A stretch of DNA of 64,000 bases from the NCBI GenBank assembly GCA_020891255.1, contig BQFW01000005.1:558001-622000 (forward strand). Direction: 5' to 3'. The position numbers and the translations under genes are program-made. This document shows positions 1 through 11,462 of the stretch, one piece after another. The notes beneath the pieces were generated by a model. The model was not told the origin of the DNA, ran no database searches, and saw only the letters and a program-made list of their open reading frames with translations. The stretch is from Entomortierella parvispora E1425. Taxonomy: Eukaryota > Fungi > Mortierellomycota. Numbering within the stretch: position 1 is the stretch's first letter; each line of letters starts with the position of its first letter.

Positions 1-755
1 AATGATAGCGACTCAACCCACCCCCCCAATCACCAACCGCGCTATTCTCTGGTCGGAAAGACTCGGACGGAAAGAACGGCTGTCACCCCCAATCCTCACG
101 GAGTAATTGACGACAATAAGCCGTGCTCTATTCAACCATTGAGCGAGAGGGACAGATGTAGCTCACCGAGGAGGATCAGTCCCAGGATGAACTGCCGAAG
201 GCGTCTTTGTCTCAATCTCCAATCCAAACCTCCTTTATTGCATTTTTTTTTCGCATTTTTTTTCTTTCTTTCTCGGTAGTCGACTACCAGTACCCAGGAG
301 CACCAGGATCAGCATGAACGAATGATTCATGGACCTTTCTCCTCGTCCGTCAGCCGGGTTATATCCTTCTCAAAACTGGTTTATCAGTATCATTGGCACC
401 TCAGACTCGAACCAGCTGAAGAGACTTTTGGCGTTTTCGGCCAATTGGTGTCTCCCCACATCTTTGAGACAGAACGTGCTTGAGGCTCCCTAGATGGTCA
501 GCTGCGCTGCTCAAGACTGTGAAGGATGAAGAGCGCACTGCCTTCAATTGCAGTAACTATATCCTTGAACTACCGAAAATAAATCCTCAGCCCCAAGTCT
601 GTTGCACTCGTTGTACCTGTCATAAGTCCATTGCTCCCTTTACCCCCTGCTTTCTCTTCAAATTTTGACGACGGAACATGCAATGGGTTGTCACCATAAC
701 AGGAAAGAAAAAATGAACATATATATTGGAGTAGCCGTCTTAAGCGACATGCGGT

Positions 756-1821
756 CTATTTCATCATCTTCCAAATGACACATCCAGCGACGACAGCGAG
801 GGCGAGGACGTATTGAAGGCTATTTTGGACGAGCGATAGTGACAAGGAACAAAAAAAGAATACTTTGCATGAGTCCAATGCTCCGGGATAGAGGACAGTG
901 AACAAAAAAAAAAGAATGACAAAAATTATCTGTCCCAGTGGGCGTACCTGCTCGAGGACTCTGTGGGCTCGGAGGCGGGGATGGGCTTCGGGGTAGATTG
1001 GTAGGAGGACTTTGGCTTGGTGGTAGATGCGCCCTGTAATCGTTTCCAAAGAATCCAAGAACCGGTTAATGTCAGAGATCCCGTTCGTATCACTTCACAT
1101 GTCATTTTTGTTTACTTAAACAAGTCAACAGTGGATCAAAAACAGAAAAAAATAAGGAAAACTCAATCCTTCCCAAACGCGCGATCTTCATCGGAGAGGA
1201 GGAAGAGGGAAAGGGCGTCTGCACGTAGATGCAGCAAATTGCCGCTTTGGACGAGAACCCCGTGCAGAATTGAGACAGTGGGAAAAAAAAGCGAAAAAAA
1301 AAATTGGGGACAAGGGAGAGTAGCGCAGTGGGATCACATTTACCTCAGCGTTCAATTCTCCGACGTACAACTTGGACATGATATCGCGAGCCTCGTCCGA
1401 GTGACCAACATCCTCAAAGGACTCGGTGGCGTCCTTGCCAGCCTCATCGAGAAGGACTTCCTCTCCACCAGGATGCTAAGACGAGAGAGATAAAGAGCAT
1501 ACGAGTAAGAAGCTTTCCAAGGTGAATCCTGAAGTAGACCCCAATCACTTGGAACTGGAGAAAAAGTTCTCATTCGCCTTCGGAATGGACTGACATCAGC
1601 CCTTTCCTCCTCTCCAATGGACTGTCAAAGTAGAAAGTCGAGCAGCATTCGGAGGTCCGAGCCGAAGAGTGGAACAAGAAAGAAGGAGTAAGGGGTGTGG
1701 TCCTCACCTCGTCGATGAATCCTGTGACGTCGTAGACCTTTCCATGGATGGCAACCAAGAGGCTGGTTTTGGAGGTGTGTTGGGATAACTCGGCGAGGGT
1801 ATAAGTCTTTGGGGGAGCCAT
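756..1821 (-). CDS. CYB5: Cytochrome b5, tail-anchored. Exons 1708-1821, 1344-1475, 948-1033, 756-819
   Basis: Spliced translation [15 protein letters not shown]...[13 protein letters not shown]|[41 protein letters not shown] has the HPGG and GHS heme-ligand motifs and a C-terminal hydrophobic anchor ([15 protein letters not shown]). All introns are GT-AG and frame-consistent. Confidence 0.95.
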
Positions 1822-2215
1822 TATGAGCGAATGTGAATGAAGAGTGAAATGAATGAATGGACGGAAAAAAAGAATAAAGAAAGAAAGTTGTCCGAGAAAC
1901 CGAAAATGCCGAGGGGGGGTCTCTTTCTTCCACACTCCGATCCGCGCAAAAAGCGCGCGGCAGGCGTCACACAGGGCGGGAAAGGGACGCGCACCTTCGC
2001 TTCGCTTCGTGTGGTCCCTTCTGGAGACGTCCCAAACCGAACTCTGGGATCCTGGATGCTCTTCTCTGACCGATCGTGGCACACAAACCTTGTCTGCATC
2101 ACCCTCCTCAATGGTGCCGAACTTTCCAGAGTTGGTACACGCTGCAGAAGTTCTTTTCTCCATTTTTACGCCACTGACTTTTGTTTTTACTTATTTGTAG
2201 GTTATGACTTGAAGA

Positions 2216-4324
2216 CTACTTTGTCAACATTGACCTTGCTACGAGCTCTGGTCGGTATTTATGAATCCAGGCTTCGGGCACATCATTGCGATAACTATAA
2301 CGGTAGAACCTCAATCGAAGGACCCGAAGCCGCGGCCAGCAGCCCTTTCCATCATTAAACCCAGCTCGACTTCGTTCCTCCAAAAGCTCAACCACGTCGT
2401 CCATGTACCCACAGTTGACCATATCCTCCTTGGTCACCATAAAAGGAGAGGGTATGGTCCCAGAGTCTTCCATGCGGGCTGTAATGTCACTGCTTGCTTC
2501 CTTCTTTGTTGTTTCTGAATTGGCCATTTCTGGTGCCACTGCTTCAACCGGATCCTTGGCGGGGCTTTTGGCGTCTTTCCGAAATCCCTCTCCTTGCATC
2601 TTCAGACGTTTAGCCTTCAGGACCCAAGCCAATCTCTGCGCTCGACTCGGGAACTTTTGAATCCAGGCCAACTTTTTCCGGTCAAACCCACGCTCCCTCC
2701 AGCGGTTGTCGTTACTCTCATACGTGGTTTGGAGGACCAACTTTTCCAAAAAGTGTAGGCGGGTCAAAAGACAACCACCTCCCTCGATCGTGAAATGAAT
2801 TGAATAGCGCTCAATGTAAAGATCCCTTAACAACGGAAGGGCTTTGGAAATGAACCCAAATAGGATCCGAGAACCTTCGTCGCTTGCATGCGGTCCACTA
2901 CCGCTTGATCGCTCCGAGATCTTGAGATGCAAGGTCTCAAGGAAACGACAGGTCCAAACTTCCTTGATTTGGACCGCAGGTATCCTTCTCGGGGGTTTGC
3001 CGGCACGACACCAGTCCGAGTTGGGATCCTCAACCATATGACCCTCGACATGGGGTGAATAAAACGTGCCTGGGTTTGGATTCCATAGTGCTGGCGTCTC
3101 GACCGACTGTAGTTTGTTGATGTCGAAATTGTCTGCGTAGAAACTCCCGCTTAGAACTCGTAAACTTTTCAGCCTCTGAGCATCGGGGGAGGTCAAATAA
3201 GCTTGGAGGGTTTTGAGAGTCTCACTTGCACCCATAGAATACATGCTGCCGCTGAAGATCTCGAGCTCTTCCAGTCGAGGGCATTGTCTTGCCAGGATCG
3301 CATAGATATCGCTGGGCATGGAAGTGGGAGGCAAGGATACACTGGTGAGATCGCCCGAGAGGAGATCTAGGAAGCTGTCGAGGCCCGCTGAAGTGAAAGA
3401 GAACTTTGTAATGCGAAGGTCGCTCACGAGCGGGCAATTGAGGAAAAAATCTCTGTAGAACTTGCGGTCATAGCTCCAGAGGCGGTGGTCAAAGTCAATA
3501 TGAAGCTTTTGAAGCTTTGGGCAATTCCGGAGGACATTCTTCAACTCGATTGGATAACAGCTCACATTAAAGAGCGTCAGGCTGACCAAGGGTCGAGAGT
3601 AAGGAGGCGTGGATGTAGAAGCGATCGCTGCAGAATGATAGACAGCAGGTTGGGGCTTGAACCGCTCGAGATTGTCCAGATCCAGAGGATTTTGTTGAGC
3701 GCGCCAAATATCGTCACATTCATAGCGGTGAGCACAGAGATCATTCAAGTTGGGAAAGATGTCCAGAAGGACGTGCCAGTTGTACAGATGAGGCACCAGC
3801 TTGACAATGTGGAATGTGGTGATGATCTCTAACCGTAAACGCGAGAGAATCCCCTCTAGAACCATCATGGTGAGCTCTCCGCTCAAGATTAACTTTTGCA
3901 GCGTTCCTCGGGCAGTGCCGCGTGTGTGGCGGTTCGGGACTTTGAAGGTGGCTGGAGGTGTGGGAGTCCTGGAATGGCGCTCCACCAGATCAAAAAGGGA
4001 TATACAATAATCGGAGGCACCTCTCTCAAACTGACACTTGAGAAGATTGAGAGGAGCCAGTAGGATCCCTTCTTCATAGAAAGCGCTCTGCTTCTGGCGA
4101 GTTGTCCAACGGACCCCAAAATACACTTGGGGTCTTGAGCTAGCGAACCAGCTCCTGCAGACCAGTGAGGTGACATGGGCCAGCGTCGAATGATCAAGGT
4201 GTGAGAATATCAGGTCGAGTAGCTCCGTGGTCAAAGAGGCCGCTGTATTATTAACTCTTGAAAGGGCAGGTGCTTGCTTGCGCCACGACTTTTGTGAGAT
4301 TGATGAATGCTGAGCAGTTGTCAT
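2216..4324 (-). CDS. F-box / degenerate LRR protein, intronless (start taken at MTTAQ)
   Basis: The long ORF has the F-box-like motif LTTELLDLIFSHLDHSTLAHVTSLVCRSW followed by LxxLxL repeats and WTCRFLETLHL. The upstream part of the track ORF looks like UTR. Confidence 0.8.
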   Translation of the reverse strand: MTTAQHSSISQKSWRKQAPALSRVNNTAASLTTELLDLIFSHLDHSTLAHVTSLVCRSWFASSRPQVYFGVRWTTRQKQSAFYEEGILLAPLNLLKCQFERGASDYCISLFDLVERHSRTPTPPATFKVPNRHTRGTARGTLQKLILSGELTMMVLEGILSRLRLEIITTFHIVKLVPHLYNWHVLLDIFPNLNDLCAHRYECDDIWRAQQNPLDLDNLERFKPQPAVYHSAAIASTSTPPYSRPLVSLTLFNVSCYPIELKNVLRNCPKLQKLHIDFDHRLWSYDRKFYRDFFLNCPLVSDLRITKFSFTSAGLDSFLDLLSGDLTSVSLPPTSMPSDIYAILARQCPRLEELEIFSGSMYSMGASETLKTLQAYLTSPDAQRLKSLRVLSGSFYADNFDINKLQSVETPALWNPNPGTFYSPHVEGHMVEDPNSDWCRAGKPPRRIPAVQIKEVWTCRFLETLHLKISERSSGSGPHASDEGSRILFGFISKALPLLRDLYIERYSIHFTIEGGGCLLTRLHFLEKLVLQTTYESNDNRWRERGFDRKKLAWIQKFPSRAQRLAWVLKAKRLKMQGEGFRKDAKSPAKDPVEAVAPEMANSETTKKEASSDITARMEDSGTIPSPFMVTKEDMVNCGYMDDVVELLEERSRAGFNDGKGCWPRLRVLRLRFYRYSYRNDVPEAWIHKYRPELVARSMLTK

Positions 4325-5123
4325 GTCGCCAAGAGAAGACAGAGACAGGAATGGAGGAATGAATGGAGGGATGCAAAAGGATAGAGTCGAAGAGTCAAGA
4401 AGGAGCACGCCGTTTGTTTTCGATCTCGGGGTTGTGCGCCGCATACTTTTTGGATGCAAGGATAGGGTCGACCCACGTTCATGATCTAGACGCTGTGGTT
4501 TGTGCGCAATGGTTTGCCCACCATTGAGCGCGTGGCAGTGCTTTCTGAAGCAGACGCCACCAATTGAAGGGAGTATAGACTGTTCACATTCACTCGCTTC
4601 ACATTCACTCGCACGCGCAGTGGCGGACTCGCGTCTAAGGACCCTCTCTTTGCATAGATGAAGGAGCATCTCTGTCTCCAGTCTGTCCAGCACTCAAAGT
4701 GGGCGAAGTGCACACGATACACCCTTAACAAGGCATTTTGCTCAGGTGACTCCATTTTCGCTCACGACAGTGACACGGCAGTGGCACGACACAGACTCAC
4801 CCCACTGGCTACATGCAAGTCAATTGAATGGGATGCATGTGTGTGTGTGGATTGTGGCCATTCTTTTCTTCTTTCATTTCTTCCTGCTTACTCCCTCTAA
4901 CCCTCCTCCTCTTTCAGCATTGTCTGCTTTGCCTACATCCTCCTCTTCGCCCATCTCATCGTTCCCTCTTCCCACACCCCCCACCTTTGCTCTCATTCGC
5001 CCGTCAACGCCATTGAGACCGCCTCTAGGAAGAAAACTTTTCACTTGGCCTCTTTCTCCTCTTGTCTCTGCACATCTCCACAGTATATCAATCAATTACA
5101 GCCATATTATCTAGGTACCTATC

Positions 5124-8100
5124 ATGTCCCATCGTGAACGTCGCCGCTCGGGTCGACCCTCGCCCGAGGAGACTCACCCTGGCCTACGGGTGCAAGACGA
5201 AGACGAAGAACTCTCGGACGCTGACACCCACCCACGTTCGCCTCGAACGCCTATCGTCCGTCCCGCCAACCCCACTCCATCATCCTCGGCATCAAACTCC
5301 ACCTCGACCTTGGAGACCACTGCGGATGTGACCATGTCCTCTTCACCATCGCCCACACCGCAAGACACGATCGGTGCGAGTGGAGACCGTACGTCAGCAA
5401 CAGACTCAGCGTCCACAGTCACTGGTCAAAGTCATGCTAGCGCCTCTACCTCATCTGGGGGAACAACTGCTGCATCAGTGACTCCACTCTGGCCAAGCGC
5501 GTCGGATCTGGCCCAAAGTGCCTTGAGCACTGTGTCGCCGGTCCGCCATTACCCACAACTCCATCTTAGGTCTGCACGACAGCAGCAGAATGTCAATCAC
5601 CCACGCTTGCCTTTGCCAGATCGCGAAGACTCTGTTAGCCGACCTCGATCTATTACTTTCGGGACGCTCAAAAAAGCCTCGCTTGGAGGCAGTGGTGCCT
5701 CATCATCTACAACTGGTGCCTCAGGAAAGAAATCCAGGATGGCTGTTCTCCCGTCGTACTTGCGACAGACCACGTTCATTCAACATTTTCAGCCAGAGGG
5801 GGTACAACCGGACCTCAACATTTCTTCATCTGGACGGGAATCTACCAAGCGCCGACGTCTTTCTGGACGGCGGCGTCATGCCGACATGGATCAATATGAA
5901 GATAGCGGCAGTGACAGTAGTGGCGCCAGCAGCGACAGTAGTAGCGGGAGTGAAGCTGGATTCAGTTCACCAGAGAATGAGAGCGGTACCTCAACTCCCA
6001 TGCCAGACCACAAACCTCTCCGATATCAACTGCCTTCTCGTTGGAGCAGTACAGACAAGACAGACAAGACAGATCTCCTGGAGGACGACTTGCAGGTCTT
6101 TTACACAGGTACGACCCTCCCCTTTTCCCGCTCCCATATTTGTGGCGGGTTAAGCGGTATTTTATCGGGATGACAGAGCCTCCTGACATTGACGCAATTG
6201 ATCCAATAACACCATTTCTAGGTCCAGGAAAGGAGGACCGTGATGCATCCGCCATCAGAGCCAACAGGTCGATCCCTCCCCAGTGCGGTGTGTACTATTA
6301 TGAAGTCCACATCAAGAGCAAAGGGCAAAGCGGGTAAGAATGTTGCTCATGCAAATTTCAATATCATGATAAAATGCGAAGACCGTGCGCTAACGCTGCA
6401 TGTTACACCCAGGTACATTGGTGTCGGAGTCTGCAACTCGACCGTTGCTTTGGATCGCTTACCAGGTATGAAAGCATATGAGGATGAGCTGCACAGTTGC
6501 AAGTATCGTTCTTCGGATTGACTAAACAACTTCCTTTATTCGCTCTTTGCTCAATAGGTTGGGAACCTCAATCCTGGGGATACCACGGTGATGACGGCAA
6601 CAGCTTTGGGGGATGTGGCAACGGAAGACCCTTTGGACCAGTGTTTACAACAGGCGACACTGTAGGCTGCGGCGTCAACTTTCGGGATATGTCGTTGTTC
6701 TACACCAAAAACGGCACCTATCTTGGTATGCATTGAGATTCGGATAGGCCCGATACAAAAGAGAGAGAGATGACAACGTGCTTACTCTATCTTTCCCATG
6801 TCTGTGCTAGGCGTTGCATTCCGAGATCTTAAAGGGACTCTTTACCCCACCGTTGGAATGCGAACAACCGGAGAGATTTTGGAAGCCAACTTTGGGCAGC
6901 GTGAGTTTGTGTTCGATATTGAGCGACATGTGAAGGTAAATTTAATCGAGCAATAAACGTACGGATCACTGGCTACCCAAAGTAATGCAAGAGTTGGCTA
7001 ACTCTTCCTTTTTTTTTTGCTCTTTCACATAGGAGGAGAAAATGGAAGCTTGGCAAAGTTTAGAGAATACGCTTCAGAAAGCGATGGCAGAGAACAACCA
7101 AGTCAGTACTTTGTCGCAAAGTCTTGGCCAGCTGGTTCTCTCGTACATGATTCACCATGGATACTCTGAAAGTGCTCGTCAGTTCTCAAATGACCTGAGT
7201 CCTAGCCAAGGCGACAAGAAGAAGGGATCTAGCAATGGTCATATTGGACTGTCAAACGGTGCTGATTGTTCTGCAGCAGTCCTTGACGCAGAGCGACGGA
7301 AAGGTAAACTTCCACAGTATGAAAAACATCAATTTTTATCTCTCTTGAAAAAGTCTAACTTTCTACGATTGCATGCTGCCTTGTAGTCATTCGAACCTCC
7401 ATCATGACAGGCGACATTGACAAGGCACTGGAGTTATTGGAGATGCACTATCCTGGAATCCTGACTTCGAATGAAGACTTGCTTCTTCAACTACGATGCC
7501 GGAAATTCGTGGAAATGGTATCTTCTGCATCGTCGCCCCTAAGAGCTCTGGACAATCAACAACGGAAGAGCAACATTGGGAACGGCAAGAAGAAAGCTGC
7601 CGATACTGCTGATGTAGAAATGAAGGGCAAGAACGGCGATGCCATGGATGTTGACATGGAAAACTCAAAGCCCCAAAAGGCTGAGGTGTCCTGGGATGAT
7701 GAGCTGGAGGGACTTGGACTTTTGAAGGATGCGATTCGGTATGGACAGTTCCTGCAGGAGCAATACCGGACAAACCGTCGGCAGTCTGTTCAGGACATGC
7801 TGATCGATGCCTTTTCTGTATTGGCCTACGCGGACCCTCCTGAAAGTACATCTGCAGCCATGGAAACTGGAAGTAAATCGAACGGCAGTAGCGGTAGAAG
7901 CAGCAGTGAATCGCAGCGCCATGCTTCTCGCACCCCACAGCATACTCATCACAACCACAACCACAACCACAACCATCATCCACACAAACAGTCGCACCAT
8001 CATCATTCACATCACTCTGCAAAGCCCATCTCGCGAGAACGTGTTGCCACCACCGTCAACACCGCCATCCTGGTCTCTCAGAACTTGCCAAAGACGGCAC

Positions 8101-8207
8101 CACTGGAAACAGTGTTCAGGCAGGCGACTGTGGGTCTGTCAGAGTTGACTCGCCAAGGATGTGGCGAGGCAGCGTTCTTTGACCTGGAACACGACTGTTT
8201 TGAGTAA
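5124..8207 (+). CDS. RANBP9: Ran-binding protein 9/10-like (SPRY-LisH-CTLH-CRA) CTLH/GID complex subunit. Exons approx 5124-6108, 6222-6333, 6413-6465, 6558-6727, 6811-6934, 7033-7303, 7387-8207
   Basis: SPRY: LPSRWS...[56 protein letters not shown]. LisH: [19 protein letters not shown]: [18 protein letters not shown]...[14 protein letters not shown]: [11 protein letters not shown]...[13 protein letters not shown]. Confidence 0.9.
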
Positions 8208-8634
8208 GGAGAATTCCGGATGATCCTTTTCTTTTTGAAAAAAGAAGGGTATTTTGCATAGTCAGAGTAGCGAAGAGCGCACGACAGGCGATGCACTTCA
8301 TAATTTATTCGAGTCGGCAAATGTATGAATGTGTGTACATAAAATTGTAAGTTTTTCTGAGAGACATTGGTCGTGCACTGTATTCTTCGAATCACCCCTC
8401 ATTAGAGGACGTTTTTTCTTTTCAATGGCCTCATATGACTTTTACGCGCGAGGATATTAGTACAGTACTTTGTGGGAAAACCAATGTCAATGGCAAAGGA
8501 AAACAAAAGTCATCAGTCTGAAGATTTTTTTTTGATTGTTTTATTTCTTTTTTTTTGTGTGTTAAGATGATTATTTACTATGTAAAAATACAAGAGGGGG
8601 GGGGGGGGGGGGTTGATGCAAAAAAGTCCCTTTC

Positions 8635-10447
8635 TTAGTACTGCTTCATGCTGTACTCGGCCTGCTTGGCAATGCGAGCGGCCTCGTTGATGGAAGGACG
8701 GAGCTTGCGGGGCACGTAGTAGTAAGCGGTCAAGCAGTACAGGCAGAAACCAGCAAGACCAATTCCAGAGTAAGCCCAGCCCTTGGTACCAGAGGACATG
8801 CCGGCGTTGGCAAAGATGGGCTCAAAGATCATGATCAGAATGGAACCGAGGGAGGTCGACAACAACCAGAAGGAGGTGGAGACAGCGCGGAACTGACGAC
8901 CGGCCTCAATGTAGGTGAACTGGACACCAGTGGGGGAGCAAAGAGCCTCACCCAAGGTCAAGACGAACCACTGAGGGAACTGCAACCAGGCAGAGTAGCA
9001 GTTCTCGCAGTAAAAGCCATCCCATTCTTCGGCATTGGCGATAGTGCGACCGGGCTCGGTGAGGTAGGCCTTCTCGATCATAGGGGCCAAACCGGCAGAG
9101 ATGGCAAAGGACAAGACAATGAACAAGAAACCAGCTCCCATACGGCGCTGAGGGCTGAAGTCCCATCCGCGACGGGTGCAGAAGGGGTAGACAACGGCAG
9201 CCAAGAAGGGAACGATCAAGATAATCAAGATGGTGTTCAACATTCCGAACTGGGCAGACTGGACGTAACTCTGCTTGGGGTTGGTACCGCCAAAGATGGC
9301 GCCGTTCATCAAGTAGTACTGGTTGGCCCACTCGTTCGAGTTCTGGTTATACAACATCCAGCAGAAAGCAAAGGGGACAACAACAGGGACCAAGACGAGA
9401 CCGAAATCGCGAACCTCCTCCACGAAGACACCACCATACTCAGCTTCGGCAAAGTTGAGCCAGTGACCCTTGGCGGCGCGCTCCTCGGGGGAAGCGGCGC
9501 GGTGACGACGAGCGGCCAAGATGGAAGCCTTGACGGCCTTGAGGGGCAAGAACTCGCCCATAGGAGGGACAATACGGTAGAAACGGTGACCGGCAGCAAA
9601 GACAATCAAGGCAACGATGAAGACCAAGGTGGGGAGAAGGAAAGCACCAGGGTAGCAGTTCTCCTGGCCAAAACAGTGACGCTTGGTCAACTCAGGGACG
9701 ATGAGTTGGGTCAAGAGACCACCGACGTTGATGGAGACGTAGAAGATGTTGAAGAAGAAGTCCTTTCCGGCCTCCTGGGCAGGCAAGTACTGATCACCGC
9801 CGTGGGAGGAGACGCAGGGCTTGATACCACCGGTACCGATGGCGATAATCAACATGGGCAAGAAGGTGACAAAGTTGGAGACGGTTCCGAGGGGTCCGAT
9901 CAAGTTGGGGATAGCAAAGACGGTGAGCAAGATCATTCCGACCATGTAAACAAGAGAAAACCCAATAATGGTCCACCTGTTGAATTAAACAGAGAAATGG
10001 TTAGAGGCCTGGGAAACTGGAGTGTGCGCAACAGACAAAGGCAATCCACCCAGAATCAGATAAGAAGACATACCATTTTCCGAGGAAAGAATCAGAAAGA
10101 GCAGCACCGATCAAGGGGAAGAAGTAAGCCAACATAGTGAAGGCAGTGGAGAAGACCTTGGCGTCGACGACAGACATTCCAGTGACGGCACGGAAGTACT
10201 TGTTCAAGTTGGGCTGAACACCATAGTAACAGAAACGCTCACCAAACTCGTTGGGCAAGATGAAGTAGACGGCCTTGGGGATCTTGTTGGGGTTTGCCAT
10301 GAGCTTGGCATCCAGCTCGGCGTTGAGGCGAGCCTCGAGCTCGAGAAGCTCCTTCTCGTGGTCGGTCAGCAGATCAACAGGGTTGACCGCGATCTTTTCA
10401 TCGACCATGTGGACCTCGTGGGCCTGAATGTCTGTTTTTTCAGACAT
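8635..10447 (-). CDS. PTR2: POT/PTR family proton-dependent oligopeptide transporter, copy A. Exons 10074-10447, 8635-9976
   Basis: EFGERFCYYG (ExxERFxYY), GAALSDSFLGKW, GTGGIKPCVSSHGGDQ and FYVSINVG motifs; many hydrophobic segments; one GT-AG intron. Confidence 0.95.
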
Positions 10448-10693
10448 GATGTGGGTATGTATTATGGGAAGAGCGTGAGAAGATGGAAGGAAAGGAGGAG
10501 AGGGAGGGAGGGGTAGGGAAGGAAGAGGGGTGGAGAAGAGAATGCAAAGTTGGTATTAAGGATGAGGATGAGTTTTCACTAAAGAACCAGAAACGTCCGG
10601 GGGATATGGTCTCTTTTATAAGCAATGACCCAAGACCCCGCCAGGAACGAGCGAACAGGTGAAGAGAGAGCGCCGGAGGAACTTGGCTGAATC

Positions 10694-10704
10694 GGACTCC
10701 AAGG
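10694..10704 (-). promoter_or_regulatory. CCTTGGAGTCC motif about 247 bp upstream of POT copy A
   Basis: An identical 11-mer lies about 245 bp upstream of POT copy B (23961-23971). TATA-like TTATAAAA at 10614-10621. Confidence 0.5.
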
Positions 10705-11330
10705 CGATCAAGGCACTTCGCTTTGACCTCTGCAATGGTAAAAGAGTGAATGGGCCAAGTCAATAGATACCTTAAAATATTTTATTTTCCCTCGAACTCG
10801 CTGCAAGGCTGGGAAAGGCACAAGGCAAGCTCTCGGCGTCGCACACACAGATTGTGCGGGCATGGACGTCTATTATCTAGGTTTCTGTTCAATGGGGTAC
10901 TCTATGCCTTGCGAGACAGACCAGAGACGGAGAAGCGAGCGCATGGCCAATGGGCCAGTCAGAGCAGTCGATATCACAAGCTTCAGGTCTCGCTCAGTTC
11001 AGTGCCTAACCCTATCCGAAGACAGCAGAATCGTAGGAAATCCAAATACCTTTACCGAGAATACAAACATAAAAGAGCAAATGGAACAACATTGACGACG
11101 TGCATTCGAGTCAGACCCGCCTAACCCGCCTTGTGAGCCCTTGTCTGAGAAACACAACAAAACAACAACCTCGTCCTCATTCATCCAACCCTCTTCCACC
11201 CATTGAGTGCTTTTCAGCCCCAGTCCAGACCAGACATGGAAGCGACCTTCTTCTTTTGGGTGGATTGCTGGACTGCACTTGTCCGCTTCCATGGAAGGAT
11301 TGCGTCCATTGGCCCAGGAGTGCCCCCATT

Positions 11331-11462
11331 GAAAGATAATCTCTCTATATACTCCTTTGATGTTAGATAACCAGGACAATGACTGAGGACAATGACCGAG
11401 TCCAGGTGAAAGACCCTAGCACCGACAATGTGACAACGATAAAGGCCCAGGCACTCTTTATC
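11331..11462. promoter_or_regulatory. GATA-site cluster with an inverted GATAAAG-N11-CTTTATC pair, upstream of POT copy A
   Basis: AGATAA near 11333 and 11365; GATAAAG 11438-11444 and CTTTATC 11456-11462; GACAATG occurs three times in between. Confidence 0.4.

Noticed and set aside
1-700. Open frames and an ATATCCTT U12-like donor at 361
   Set aside because: I found no recognisable protein, no matching branch site with AC acceptor, and no host gene inside the window.
9463-10137. Long antisense ORFs over both POT genes (also 24529-25203 and 25312-26061)
   Set aside because: These are a by-product of strong C-ending codon bias in the sense genes; they recur in both paralogues and show no independent motifs.
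11006-11014. CTAACCCTA as a telomerase RNA template
   Set aside because: A 9-nt match is expected by chance, and no pseudoknot or other supporting element is visible.
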